A DNA stretch of 58,312 bases. It comes from an uncultured Dehalococcoidia bacterium (GTDB taxonomy: Bacteria; Chloroflexota; Dehalococcoidia; Lucifugimonadales; UBA2985). Both the position numbers and the translations under genes were made by a program. Below, piece by piece: positions 46,262 through 54,967 of this stretch. The DNA lies in contig CAYUCO010000045.1 of assembly GCA_964443385.1 (NCBI GenBank), positions 1-58,312 of the forward strand. The letters are read 5' to 3'. Below the pieces are notes generated by a model. It made no database searches. It was not told the origin of the DNA and saw only the letters and a program-made list of their open reading frames with translations. Position 1 is the stretch's first letter. Each line of letters opens with the position of its first letter.

Positions 46262-47251
46262 TTGTCAAGTCATTTTCCGAGAAACAGACCCAGAAGACTA
46301 AGAAATTCTAGGGCTATAAGAAAGATGATAGCAGAGAATAAACTGTCATCTGATGATCTGGTTTACCCTATGTTTATTTCTGAGAAAGCTACTAGTTTAA
46401 ATCCTATTGAATCAATGCCTGGTATATTTCAGGTACCTTTAAGCAAATTAAATCAAGAGATACAAGATATATCTCGCAAGGGGATTAATTCTATATTGTT
46501 ATTCGGTTTGCCTAATGACAAAGACGCAATAGGTTCGGGAGCTTATGCTGAAAATGGTGTAGTTCAGCAGGCGATAAGATTGATAAAAAAAGAAAACCCT
46601 AACTTGTACGTTATAACTGATGTTTGTTTGTGTGAATATACTGATCATGGACATTGTGGAGTTATACGAAATATGGACGTCGTGAATGACGAAACTCTTG
46701 AGTTGTTAACCAAAACAGCAATTTCTCATGCCAACGCTGGAGCAGATATGGTAGCACCGTCGGCAATGATGGATGGGCAAGTGTCTGCCATTAGAGAGGG
46801 TTTAGACAAAGCTGATTTTAGCGGTGTATCTATAATGGCGTATTCAGCCAAGTACGCGTCTTCATTTTACGGACCATTCAGAGAAGCAGCGGAATCCGCA
46901 CCTCAATTTGGTGACCGGCTAACTTACCAGATGGATTTCGCTAATGGCAGGGAAGCATTGCGGGAAATCCGTATGGATATTGAAGAAGGTGCTGATATTA
47001 TCTTAATAAAACCTGCATTGACATATTTGGATGTTATTGCCAGGGCAAGAGAGAACTTTGACTGTGTCATCGCAGCGTATAATGTCAGCGGGGAATATTC
47101 TATGGTTAAAGCTGCAGGGAGTAATGGATGGATGAATGAATCACAATCTATATTGGAGATCCTTACATCTATAAAGAGGGCTGGTGCAGATATTATTATT
47201 TCGTATCATGCTAAAGATGTATGTGAATTACTGAAAAACAATGAATCTTGA
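46262..47251 (+). CDS. hemB: Porphobilinogen synthase (zinc-type)
   Basis: 329 aa, TTG start. RPRRLR, Cys-rich metal site DVCLCEYTDHGHCG, and active-site Lys regions. Confidence 0.95.
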   Translation: MSSHFPRNRPRRLRNSRAIRKMIAENKLSSDDLVYPMFISEKATSLNPIESMPGIFQVPLSKLNQEIQDISRKGINSILLFGLPNDKDAIGSGAYAENGVVQQAIRLIKKENPNLYVITDVCLCEYTDHGHCGVIRNMDVVNDETLELLTKTAISHANAGADMVAPSAMMDGQVSAIREGLDKADFSGVSIMAYSAKYASSFYGPFREAAESAPQFGDRLTYQMDFANGREALREIRMDIEEGADIILIKPALTYLDVIARARENFDCVIAAYNVSGEYSMVKAAGSNGWMNESQSILEILTSIKRAGADIIISYHAKDVCELLKNNES

Positions 47252-47284
47252 GAGCGTTACATTGGTACTGAAAGGGGATTGAAC

Positions 47285-47527
47285 ATGAATATGGAGTATT
47301 TGCAGGTGACACCAGACGAACAGAGGGTCATTTTATTATTTGAAGAGTCAGATCAAGATAAAAAGCTTAAAGAAGTAGACCAGTATTTAATTGATAACCA
47401 GTTAGAGCCTAAAAGAAAATATTCTGAAAATAGGAACGGCGTTGACTACCTTGTTTATTACTTTGGCCATTGTTATTTGGCAGATCACTTGGAAATATTG
47501 TCAGAGATGGCTGATGGAGAAGGTTAA
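47285..47527 (+). CDS. Hypothetical small acidic protein
   Basis: Track ORF 47279..47527. GGGGA lies 6 nt before ATG 47285. No recognisable motif. Confidence 0.45.
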   Translation: MNMEYLQVTPDEQRVILLFEESDQDKKLKEVDQYLIDNQLEPKRKYSENRNGVDYLVYYFGHCYLADHLEILSEMADGEG

Positions 47528-47546
47528 GAGTTAACATCTGAACATA

Positions 47547-48095
47547 ATGGATATATTTGTTGATAAAAATACACCTAGTATATCCGAAGTATTTTTTACT
47601 GATCTGGGTTGGATTGGGGTTATAGGATCCAGTAACACTATTAACAAAATTACTTTTCCATATGACAATCGTGATGCGGCTGAGTTTTCAGTAAAAACAT
47701 TGACTAAAGATGTGTTGAATAGAAGTAAGTCCGGTGACATAGTTTCAGACACATGCCAGCAAATTTTGCTATATCTTGAGGGGCAGGAAGTGATATTTGA
47801 TCAACCCTTGGCCCTTGTAGGTACCGATTTTCAGATCAAGGCTTGGAATATTGTAAGGAATATTCCCATAGGTGAAACCAGGAGTTATTCACGTATAGCT
47901 GAAACAATTGGTAATCCTAAGGCAGTCAGGGCCATTGGGAATGCTATGAAATATAACCCCGTCCCGATATTAATACCATGCCACAGAGTTATAGGTAAAG
48001 ATGGATCCATGACTGGATATGGGGGTAAGTTCGGTACTGGAATAAAGGCTAAGTTACTTTCAATTGAATCTGATATGATTAGTATGAGATATTAA
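47547..48095 (+). CDS. ogt: Methylated-DNA--protein-cysteine methyltransferase
   Basis: 182 aa. Active site IPCHRVIGKDGSMTGYGG. Confidence 0.9.
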   Translation: MDIFVDKNTPSISEVFFTDLGWIGVIGSSNTINKITFPYDNRDAAEFSVKTLTKDVLNRSKSGDIVSDTCQQILLYLEGQEVIFDQPLALVGTDFQIKAWNIVRNIPIGETRSYSRIAETIGNPKAVRAIGNAMKYNPVPILIPCHRVIGKDGSMTGYGGKFGTGIKAKLLSIESDMISMRY

Positions 48096-48097
48096 AA

Positions 48098-51000
48098 TCA
48101 CGTAGATTGTCCACTTATCACACTGTTATCACCGACTATACTTTCTAGATCATTATGTAGGCTTGTGCAATAGCTTACATTGACGAATGGCAACTTGCCT
48201 GTCACAGTTTTTCCGTTGGACTTAATCTTAAGTCCAACACGTTCCTGTCCAGGATAATTCATCAGAGTTTTTATAACTTCTCTAAGAATGTGTTCATCGT
48301 GAGATGGATCCGTGGTTTCTTCCAGTTTAATCCACAGATTTGTGCTTCCCATTAATAAATTCTTGGCTTCAGTGGACTGCTTAGTATCCCGTTTAATCTG
48401 TCCGTTGTTAGACTCTGGAGTAGTTATACTGGGTTCTATAGTAGGAGCATCATAGTCAATTATATAATTCTTGGCATTATCGCAATGTATGGATAGGGTA
48501 TCATTCCTTGTCCTTACCTTCCCAATTATTTCAACCAAGCTTCCTTCGTACCAGAGTTCACTAGTGGTTTCATAAATTTTAGGCCATACCATGACTTCTA
48601 TATTTCCTCCAAGGAGTTCTAGTGTTACGGCTGAAAACATTTTGTTGTCTTTGGTATAGCCAGTTCGGTATGCTGAGACTTGGCCTACTACCGATATGTC
48701 TTTACCAGTATGTTCAGGCTCTATGTCCTCACGAGATATAACCACGTTGCCAGGGTTTCTTTTGGCTAGGATAGATAGAGGGTTTTCGGAGATAAAAGTA
48801 CCCAACATTTCTTTTTCCCATATCAATTGTTCCTGTTTGGGTATACTGAGGTGATTAATCGTCAATTCTTCAATTGGTGTGGCGACAGATTCTCCGAACA
48901 TGTCGAACATTGTAGTTTGCCCAGAGTCCCTCAACTTTGATTCTCTTTGAGCCAACGACAATATAATATCAGAGCTATTAAACAGAGATCCCCTATCTCC
49001 TAGCGAGTCTAGTGCTCCACCTTTTATTAGGCTTTCCAATGATTTCCTGTTGACAGAACCCAAGTTTGCTCTGCGGCACATGTCTTCTAATGATTTAAAT
49101 CGGCCGTTTTCTTTTCTTTCGTCAACGAGAGGCTTCATAGTAGCAGAGCCAACATTCTTGACTGATGATAGTCCGTAGCGTATTGAATTATGGCCTTCAT
49201 GATCTAAATCTATAGAGAAGTTTAATTCACTCCTGTTAACATCCGGTAAGAGGACTGGTATACCGAGACGTAAACATTCGGTTACATCTGTGGATATTTT
49301 ATCAGATTGTCCGCTATGAGCATTCATTACGGCTGTCATATATTCTTCTGGAAAATTTGCTTTAAAATAGGCTGTCCAATAGGCAATCATTGCATAACTT
49401 ATGCTATGGGCCTTATTAAAAGCATATCCTGCGAAGGGCTCTATAAGCTGGAATACTTCCTCTGCCAACTCCTTGTTGAATCCTTGCTTTAGTGCTCCAT
49501 TTACGAATTTATCTTTTTCATCTCGCATTACTTCTGGGATCTTTTTACCCATAGCCTTACGTACTACGTCAGCTTCGCCTAATGAGTATCCCGCAAAGGC
49601 TTGAGCAATTAAAAGGACTTGATCTTGGTATACGATCACTCCATAAGTTTCTTCCAATATGCTCTCTAGTGTAGGATGGGGATAACGTATAGGGACCAAA
49701 CCATGTTTAGCGTCTATGAATGTGCTTATGTGTTCCATGGGGCCAGGTCTGTATAAAGCAATCATCGCCGATACATCACTGACAGAGTTGGGTTTTAGTT
49801 GTTGTATGTATCTTCTCATTCCGGAGCCCTCTAGCTGGAAAACACCTGTTGTTTCTCCAGACGACAACAGGGAGAATGTTTTTTCATCGTCGAGAGGAAT
49901 GTCGTTCATGTTTATCTCTGTACCTCTGCGACTCATTACAGATTCTTTCGCTTCAGAAAGAATGGTAAGGTTCGTTAATCCCAAGAAATCCATCTTCAAT
50001 AATCCGAGTTTGGCAATTGGCTCCATCGGGAATTGGGTCATAGCCATATTTGAGGATCCATCATTTCTAGATGGTCTCTGTAGCGGCAGATAATCCACCA
50101 ACGGCTCTTTTGTGATTACAACTCCTGCTGCGTGGGTACTAGTATGCCTGACAACTCCTTCAAGGTGTTGAGCTGTGTCTATTAATTGTTTTGTGGTTTT
50201 ATCAGCTTCATAAGCCGATTGGAACTCTGGGATCTCTTTTAGGGCGTTCTGGATATTGGTCGGCCCAGTTGGTATCAATCTTGCTATTTTATCGACATCC
50301 CCATATGTCATGCCGAGTGCTCTTCCTGTATCTCTTATGGCTGCCTTTGCCCCTAAAGTGCCAAATGTAATAATCTGTGCAACATGATCTGAACCATATT
50401 TTTGTCTTACATAATCAATTACTTCTTCTCTTCTATCATCCTGGAAATCCATATCTATATCTGGCATTTCATGTCTTTCTACATTTAGAAATCTTTCAAA
50501 AACCAATTTATGGCCAACTGGATCTATATCTGTAATTCCTAAAGTATAAAGAACTATACTTGCTGCAGCGCTCCCTCTCACTCCAAACAAAATGTTGTTT
50601 TCCCGAGTAAATCTCGCTATGTCCCAAACTACCAACATGTAGTTGTCAAATTGGGTAGTCTCTATGACATCTAGCTCATATGATAGCCGTGCTTTTAGCG
50701 CTTCCGATGGGTTACCATATCGCTCTATCAGACCGGTTTCACATAATTGTTTCAAATATTGTTTAGAGCTGAGATTGTCCGGTGGCGTGTATTCTGGTAG
50801 CCTCAGTTTGCTAAAGTCAAGTTCAATGCTGCATTTACTAGCAATTTCCTGGGTGTTTTCTATGGCTTCCGGTATATCTGAAAACAGTTCAGTCATTTCC
50901 TCTTGGCTCTTTATAAAGTAAGAGTCATCCGACATTTTTAGTCTGCTATCGTCATTTATATCTGTGTTAGTGTGAATGCAAATCAAAATGTCTTGGTACG

Positions 51001-51646
51001 GAGCATCTTCTTTAGTTACATAATGAGTATCATTGGTTGCTACAATTGGTATACCGGTGTTTTTGCTGATTTTGATCAATTGTTGATTTATATTTTCCAA
51101 TTCAGGGATATTGCTGTGTCTTTGTATTTCCAGATAAAAGGAATCAAAAGTGTCTTTATACCAGATGGCCGTGTTTTCAGCCTCTTCCAATAGCCCTTGT
51201 TGGATGAGTTTAGGTATTTCAGCAGAAGGGCACCCTGAAAGGGCGATTACACCCTCGGAATATTGGGAGAGTATTTCTTTATCTACTCTGGGTTTATAGT
51301 AAAACCCTTCTAAATGAGCTATGGAAGAAAGCTTTAGTAGGTTATGATACCCTTGTGTGGTTTTTGCGAGGAGTAAGAGGTGGTATGGGCTCTTTTCGGA
51401 GTTAGTTTTTGTGTTTCTATCTGTTAAAGCTAGATAAGTTTCTATACCAATAATGGGTTTTATTCCCTCATTGGTACACTCTGTGTAAAACTCTATAGCT
51501 CCGTAGAGACCTCCATGGTCAGTGATTGCCAAAGAATCCATACCAAATGATTTGGCCTGTTGGACCATAGATTTTATATTGCTTAATCCGTCAAGCAGAC
51601 TGTATTCGGTGTGATTATGCAGATGAGTGAACACTCTGACCCCCAA
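48098..51646 (-). CDS. dnaE: DNA polymerase III alpha subunit
   Basis: 1182 aa. PHP N-terminus HLHNHTEYSLLDG, polymerase core, C-terminal OB region. The start could be TTG 51646 or GTG 51637. Confidence 0.95.
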   Translation of the reverse strand: MGVRVFTHLHNHTEYSLLDGLSNIKSMVQQAKSFGMDSLAITDHGGLYGAIEFYTECTNEGIKPIIGIETYLALTDRNTKTNSEKSPYHLLLLAKTTQGYHNLLKLSSIAHLEGFYYKPRVDKEILSQYSEGVIALSGCPSAEIPKLIQQGLLEEAENTAIWYKDTFDSFYLEIQRHSNIPELENINQQLIKISKNTGIPIVATNDTHYVTKEDAPYQDILICIHTNTDINDDSRLKMSDDSYFIKSQEEMTELFSDIPEAIENTQEIASKCSIELDFSKLRLPEYTPPDNLSSKQYLKQLCETGLIERYGNPSEALKARLSYELDVIETTQFDNYMLVVWDIARFTRENNILFGVRGSAAASIVLYTLGITDIDPVGHKLVFERFLNVERHEMPDIDMDFQDDRREEVIDYVRQKYGSDHVAQIITFGTLGAKAAIRDTGRALGMTYGDVDKIARLIPTGPTNIQNALKEIPEFQSAYEADKTTKQLIDTAQHLEGVVRHTSTHAAGVVITKEPLVDYLPLQRPSRNDGSSNMAMTQFPMEPIAKLGLLKMDFLGLTNLTILSEAKESVMSRRGTEINMNDIPLDDEKTFSLLSSGETTGVFQLEGSGMRRYIQQLKPNSVSDVSAMIALYRPGPMEHISTFIDAKHGLVPIRYPHPTLESILEETYGVIVYQDQVLLIAQAFAGYSLGEADVVRKAMGKKIPEVMRDEKDKFVNGALKQGFNKELAEEVFQLIEPFAGYAFNKAHSISYAMIAYWTAYFKANFPEEYMTAVMNAHSGQSDKISTDVTECLRLGIPVLLPDVNRSELNFSIDLDHEGHNSIRYGLSSVKNVGSATMKPLVDERKENGRFKSLEDMCRRANLGSVNRKSLESLIKGGALDSLGDRGSLFNSSDIILSLAQRESKLRDSGQTTMFDMFGESVATPIEELTINHLSIPKQEQLIWEKEMLGTFISENPLSILAKRNPGNVVISREDIEPEHTGKDISVVGQVSAYRTGYTKDNKMFSAVTLELLGGNIEVMVWPKIYETTSELWYEGSLVEIIGKVRTRNDTLSIHCDNAKNYIIDYDAPTIEPSITTPESNNGQIKRDTKQSTEAKNLLMGSTNLWIKLEETTDPSHDEHILREVIKTLMNYPGQERVGLKIKSNGKTVTGKLPFVNVSYCTSLHNDLESIVGDNSVISGQST

Positions 51647-51755
51647 CCAGAATTGCTCTAATTATAGCATTCTGTCTGGGTGTGACCACAAGATATTGTG
51701 GGGGAATTTTTTGGCAATCTTATGTCAATTTCCAATATTCTTTAATTAATGTCTC

Positions 51756-52535
51756 TTAAGTATCTCTATAAGCAGGGGGTCGTTTTTCTTTAAAGGAAAG
51801 GATTGATTCTTGGAAGTCATCTGTTTTTAATAGCAAATTGTTTGCCTCATTCTCTGATTCAATTACCCCGGAAAGAAGTGACTCAGTCGTATTCATAATC
51901 CTTTTTATTGCCCTGACTGCTGCAGGAGGATTGTTGGCTATAGTGAATCCTACCTCAAGTGCAGATTCTAGTAGAAGTGTGTTTTGTGTCAATTTGTTTA
52001 CAAGGCCTTTATCGAGTGCCCAGTCGGAGTCGTATATGTTGCCCGTTAAAGACATTTCCATTGCAATACCTTTGCCCAGTAATTGTTGTAGCATTAAACT
52101 CGCTCCTCCATCCGGAACCAGGGATCTTTTAACAAAAATGCAAGAAAACTGAGCACTCTTTGCTGCTATTCGCACATCTGCAGACATAGCTATAGATAAA
52201 CCTATTCCTGCAGCGATACCATTTACTGCGGCGATAACTGGCTGGGGCATCTGAACAATGTGTTGGCCGATATTTGTAATGTTGTAGGAGTCAATATTTT
52301 GTTCATCAGAATTGTCTCCACTAAAATCCCATCCCGAGCAAAATCCTCGACCTGAGCCAGTGATTACCAGAACCGAACAATCTTTATCCGATGAAATTTG
52401 ATTCAATGCTGAATGGATTTCATTTGACATGTCGATATTTATGGCATTTAGTTTGGCAGGTCGGTTAAGGGACATTACAACTATGCCTTGATGTTTCTCT
52501 ATCAACAGATATTTGTAGTCTTTTGTAGTATACAA
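51756..52535 (-). CDS. Enoyl-CoA hydratase/isomerase (crotonase) family protein
   Basis: 259 aa, TTG start after GGAG. Oxyanion-hole block VITGSGRGFCSGWDF and AAVNGIAAGIG. Confidence 0.88.
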   Translation of the reverse strand: MYTTKDYKYLLIEKHQGIVVMSLNRPAKLNAINIDMSNEIHSALNQISSDKDCSVLVITGSGRGFCSGWDFSGDNSDEQNIDSYNITNIGQHIVQMPQPVIAAVNGIAAGIGLSIAMSADVRIAAKSAQFSCIFVKRSLVPDGGASLMLQQLLGKGIAMEMSLTGNIYDSDWALDKGLVNKLTQNTLLLESALEVGFTIANNPPAAVRAIKRIMNTTESLLSGVIESENEANNLLLKTDDFQESILSFKEKRPPAYRDT

Positions 52536-52564
52536 TAGTGATATCTCCGTAAACTAGACGCGCC

Positions 52565-52590
52565 AAAAGTCGGCCGTTAGACCGACTTTT
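52565..52590. terminator. Perfect 9-bp hairpin with A/T tracts (bidirectional-terminator-like)
   Basis: AAAAGTCGG (52565-52573), 8-nt loop, CCGACTTTT (52582-52590). Lies between the small zinc-ribbon gene and the crotonase gene. Confidence 0.45.
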
Positions 52591-52638
52591 TGTAAGACAA
52601 ACCTTGACGTTTATAATCTATTAGGCGCTAGGAAGTGC

Positions 52639-52659
52639 AAAAAGGGCCCCGAAAGACCC
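52639..52659 (-). terminator. Weak intrinsic terminator after the small zinc-ribbon gene
   Basis: On the minus strand: GGGUC-UUUCGG-GGCCC (5 bp including one G-U pair) followed by UUUUU, 18 nt after the stop codon. Confidence 0.3.
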
Positions 52660-52676
52660 GAGCAAATATGAGCAGC

Positions 52677-52817
52677 TTAGGCTTTACCTATTCTGAACAT
52701 TTTAGTGCCACAGGTTGGGCACGTACCCTGCGTAGCTGGGCGTCCGTTCTTCATAGTTATAGATTGAGTATTGCTCATTTCTCTTTGAGATCGGCACTTA
52801 ACACAGTAACCTTGCAT
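52677..52817 (-). CDS. Small zinc-ribbon protein, DUF5679-like (46 aa, absent from the ORF track)
   Basis: GGGAGG lies 8 nt before ATG 52817. My translation is MQGYCVKCRSQREMSNTQSITMKNGRPATQGTCPTCGTKMFRIGKA. It has its own promoter-like and terminator-like elements. Confidence 0.65.
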   Translation of the reverse strand: MQGYCVKCRSQREMSNTQSITMKNGRPATQGTCPTCGTKMFRIGKA

Positions 52818-52856
52818 GGTAAAAACCTCCCTGACTTTATACTTTAAAGTGCCACC

Positions 52857-52885
52857 ATTTTACACTATTTTTTTTATATAGTCAG
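52857..52885 (-). promoter_or_regulatory. Candidate promoter of the DUF5679-like gene
   Basis: On the minus strand: CTGACT (52885-52880), 17-nt spacer, TAAAAT (52862-52857). Confidence 0.35.
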
Positions 52886-52958
52886 TACTAATTAGTCGTA
52901 ATTATTGAATTTAATAAAGAAAATTGATGAAAACAATGTATTTTTCTTTGTTTCGATC

Positions 52959-53339
52959 CTATTTTTTTACTATGTCAGCCATGTCTCCGATCAACATCCA
53001 GGGTTCTCCCCATTGATTTATGTTTGTGGAGTCCCATTTGTCATCTAAAGAAGTGTGCATCATTCTTAATCCCCAATCAGAACCAAATATCAGGAAGGCG
53101 TTACCTGAACCAGAGTCAGAAACTTCCACACAAAAAGCCGGTAGAGGGTTCCCATTCATATTGCTATCCCACCCTGTGACCCACTGAAACTCCTCTAATC
53201 CGTTCAACCCATACACCTTAACCTTTTGTATCTCAAAAGCAGGCCCTAAGGTTTGATATGTCATTAAAGGCATGCCATAGCAATTATCGTTTTCCTCCAC
53301 TTCAAGGGAAATGAATCCGGATCTATCTATATTAGTCAT
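52959..53339 (-). CDS. Hypothetical Trp/Gly-rich protein
   Basis: 126 aa with no recognisable motif. The start overlaps the upstream stop (ATGA). Confidence 0.5.
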   Translation of the reverse strand: MTNIDRSGFISLEVEENDNCYGMPLMTYQTLGPAFEIQKVKVYGLNGLEEFQWVTGWDSNMNGNPLPAFCVEVSDSGSGNAFLIFGSDWGLRMMHTSLDDKWDSTNINQWGEPWMLIGDMADIVKK

Positions 53340-53572
53340 GTAATGTCAGTTGTATATCCTAGTGATTCCAAGTTAATTTTTAATGTTTCCTGCCATTCTT
53401 CCATTGAAATAGATTCAGGTATAATTATTTCGACCGTGCCGTCAGGCAATGTTTGAACATAACCGATGCCGGATTTTTCTAGAGGAACTGACACATTTTC
53501 ACGATCAATTCCCATTGAATCAGTAATTTCAAATACAAATCCCATGTCTGACATGTTAATTATGTTTTCCAA
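53336..53572 (-). CDS. Hypothetical small acidic protein
   Basis: 78 aa. TTG start 12 nt after AAGGAG. No recognisable motif. Confidence 0.45.
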   Translation of the reverse strand: MENIINMSDMGFVFEITDSMGIDRENVSVPLEKSGIGYVQTLPDGTVEIIIPESISMEEWQETLKINLESLGYTTDIT

Positions 53573-53603
53573 TTGAGTGTAAATCTCCTTGTTATGTGTT
53601 TGA

Positions 53604-53632
53604 ATACTACCTGTTAGGATTTATACCGTCAA
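53604..53632 (-). promoter_or_regulatory. Candidate promoter of the orphan two-gene cassette
   Basis: On the minus strand: TTGACG (53632-53627), 17-nt spacer, TAGTAT (53609-53604). Confidence 0.3.
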
Positions 53633-53760
53633 CAACACTTGATCGTTTGTTTTGGTTGTATTTTGAGGTAATATATCTGTGGTTAAATATTGTAATTATC
53701 CGATTACGTTATCACGTGCATTTATAACACCACAAGACAGCAAAGGAAAGGCGGAATTTT

Positions 53761-54951
53761 CTGAGAATAGGCTATTTTGATTCCATCGGCGGAGTTAGTG
53801 GAGACATGTTGTTAGGAGCATTGGTGGGAGCTGGTCTTCCACTAGGCGATCTGCGTCTAGAACTGGAAAAACTTAATGTTAAAGGATACTCGCTTTCCGA
53901 AAATACGGTGAATAAGAACGGAGTAACTGCAACACACATCATTGTGGACACTTCAATGTATGCGAGTATGCACAAACCGCACACAATAGAAGACTTTTTG
54001 GGCATTATAGATGAAAGTACTTTATCAGCAAAGGTTAAGGATATGGCTTCAGATGTCCTAAAGACGATTCATGCCGCGGAAACGCAGGTTCATGGAGAGA
54101 TACACCAATTGTACGAACTGGGAGATTTAGACACCTTGATAGATGTAGTTGGGGTTACATTTGGCTTGGAATATTTGGGTTTGGATCAGATATATTCTTC
54201 ACCGTTACGACTGGGTTCAGGATTTGTGAATACTCGTGAGGGCAGATTGCCAGTCCCGGCACCTGCTGTTTTGTCCATAGTATCCGCCAAAAATGTGTTG
54301 GTTGATACTTCCCGCCAGGGAAATAGGGATTATGGAGAGATGACTACCCCAACAGGAGCAGCTATATTGGCCTCTCTGGCTTCATTTGATAGCCCTGTGC
54401 TTTCAGTTGGAGTAACTTCTTACGGGGCTGGAACCAAAGAATTTGATGATATACCGAATGTTATCGGATTATGGATAGGTGAAACCTCTTCTGACGTAGA
54501 GATTGGCGAAGTTTCATTACTGGAAACGAACATAGACGATATGTCCCCAGAAATCCTAGGGGATCTTCAAGAAAAACTTTTCCAAAATGGTGCACTAGAT
54601 GTTTGGATTAATCCGATACACATGAAAAAGAATCGGCCCGGTATATCGTTAAACATTATTTGCAAACCGGATTTGGCAGCATATTTAGGTAAATTTGTTC
54701 TTTTGAATACAACGACATTAGGAGTACGGTTCCGTACTATTTCTAGGTATCAAGCGGATAGAGAAATACTAGATATTGATTGCTCCATTGGAAAAGCACA
54801 GGTAAAATTGAAGCGGGTTGATGGAATTGTTGTGGGAGTGTCGCCGGAGTTTGAAGATTGTAGGAAAATTGCTGAGGAGACACAATTACCTCTTAGTGAT
54901 GTCTATAGAATAGTCGAGCAAGAATGCCGTGAGTACTTAGGCATAATATGA
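53761..54951 (+). CDS. larC: Nickel-pincer cofactor biosynthesis protein LarC (DUF111), probable non-ATG start
   Basis: Track ORF starts at ATG 53806, but the in-frame upstream codons read L-R-I-G-Y-F-D-S-I-G-G-V-S-G-D. That is the conserved LarC N-terminal motif (YFDxxSGISGDM). CTG 53761 aligns with the canonical Met, and GGAAAGG lies upstream. Full length would be about 396 aa. Confidence 0.75.
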   Translation: MRIGYFDSIGGVSGDMLLGALVGAGLPLGDLRLELEKLNVKGYSLSENTVNKNGVTATHIIVDTSMYASMHKPHTIEDFLGIIDESTLSAKVKDMASDVLKTIHAAETQVHGEIHQLYELGDLDTLIDVVGVTFGLEYLGLDQIYSSPLRLGSGFVNTREGRLPVPAPAVLSIVSAKNVLVDTSRQGNRDYGEMTTPTGAAILASLASFDSPVLSVGVTSYGAGTKEFDDIPNVIGLWIGETSSDVEIGEVSLLETNIDDMSPEILGDLQEKLFQNGALDVWINPIHMKKNRPGISLNIICKPDLAAYLGKFVLLNTTTLGVRFRTISRYQADREILDIDCSIGKAQVKLKRVDGIVVGVSPEFEDCRKIAEETQLPLSDVYRIVEQECREYLGII

Positions 54952-54967
54952 TTCAGAAAGCGAGTAG

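Noticed and set aside
51686-51701. Hairpin CCACAA-GATA-TTGTGG followed by a T-run, between dnaE and the crotonase gene
   Set aside because: The T-run is on the plus strand, where no gene ends. On the minus strand, where the crotonase gene ends, no U-tract follows. It is not a convincing terminator.
52635-52847. 70-aa plus-strand ORF from the track
   Set aside because: It has no SD and low-complexity content. It is the exact antisense shadow of a well-formed minus-strand 46-aa zinc-ribbon gene that has its own SD, promoter and terminator.
52959-53339. PIN-domain toxin assignment for the 126-aa protein
   Set aside because: An Asp near the N-terminus and scattered acidic residues tempted this call. 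However, the sequence is Gly/Trp/Asn-rich and lacks the alternating helix-strand hydrophobic pattern of PIN domains.
53772-54005. 77-aa minus-strand ORF
   Set aside because: It is antisense to the conserved N-terminal region of larC, and I see no SD. It is most likely a shadow ORF.
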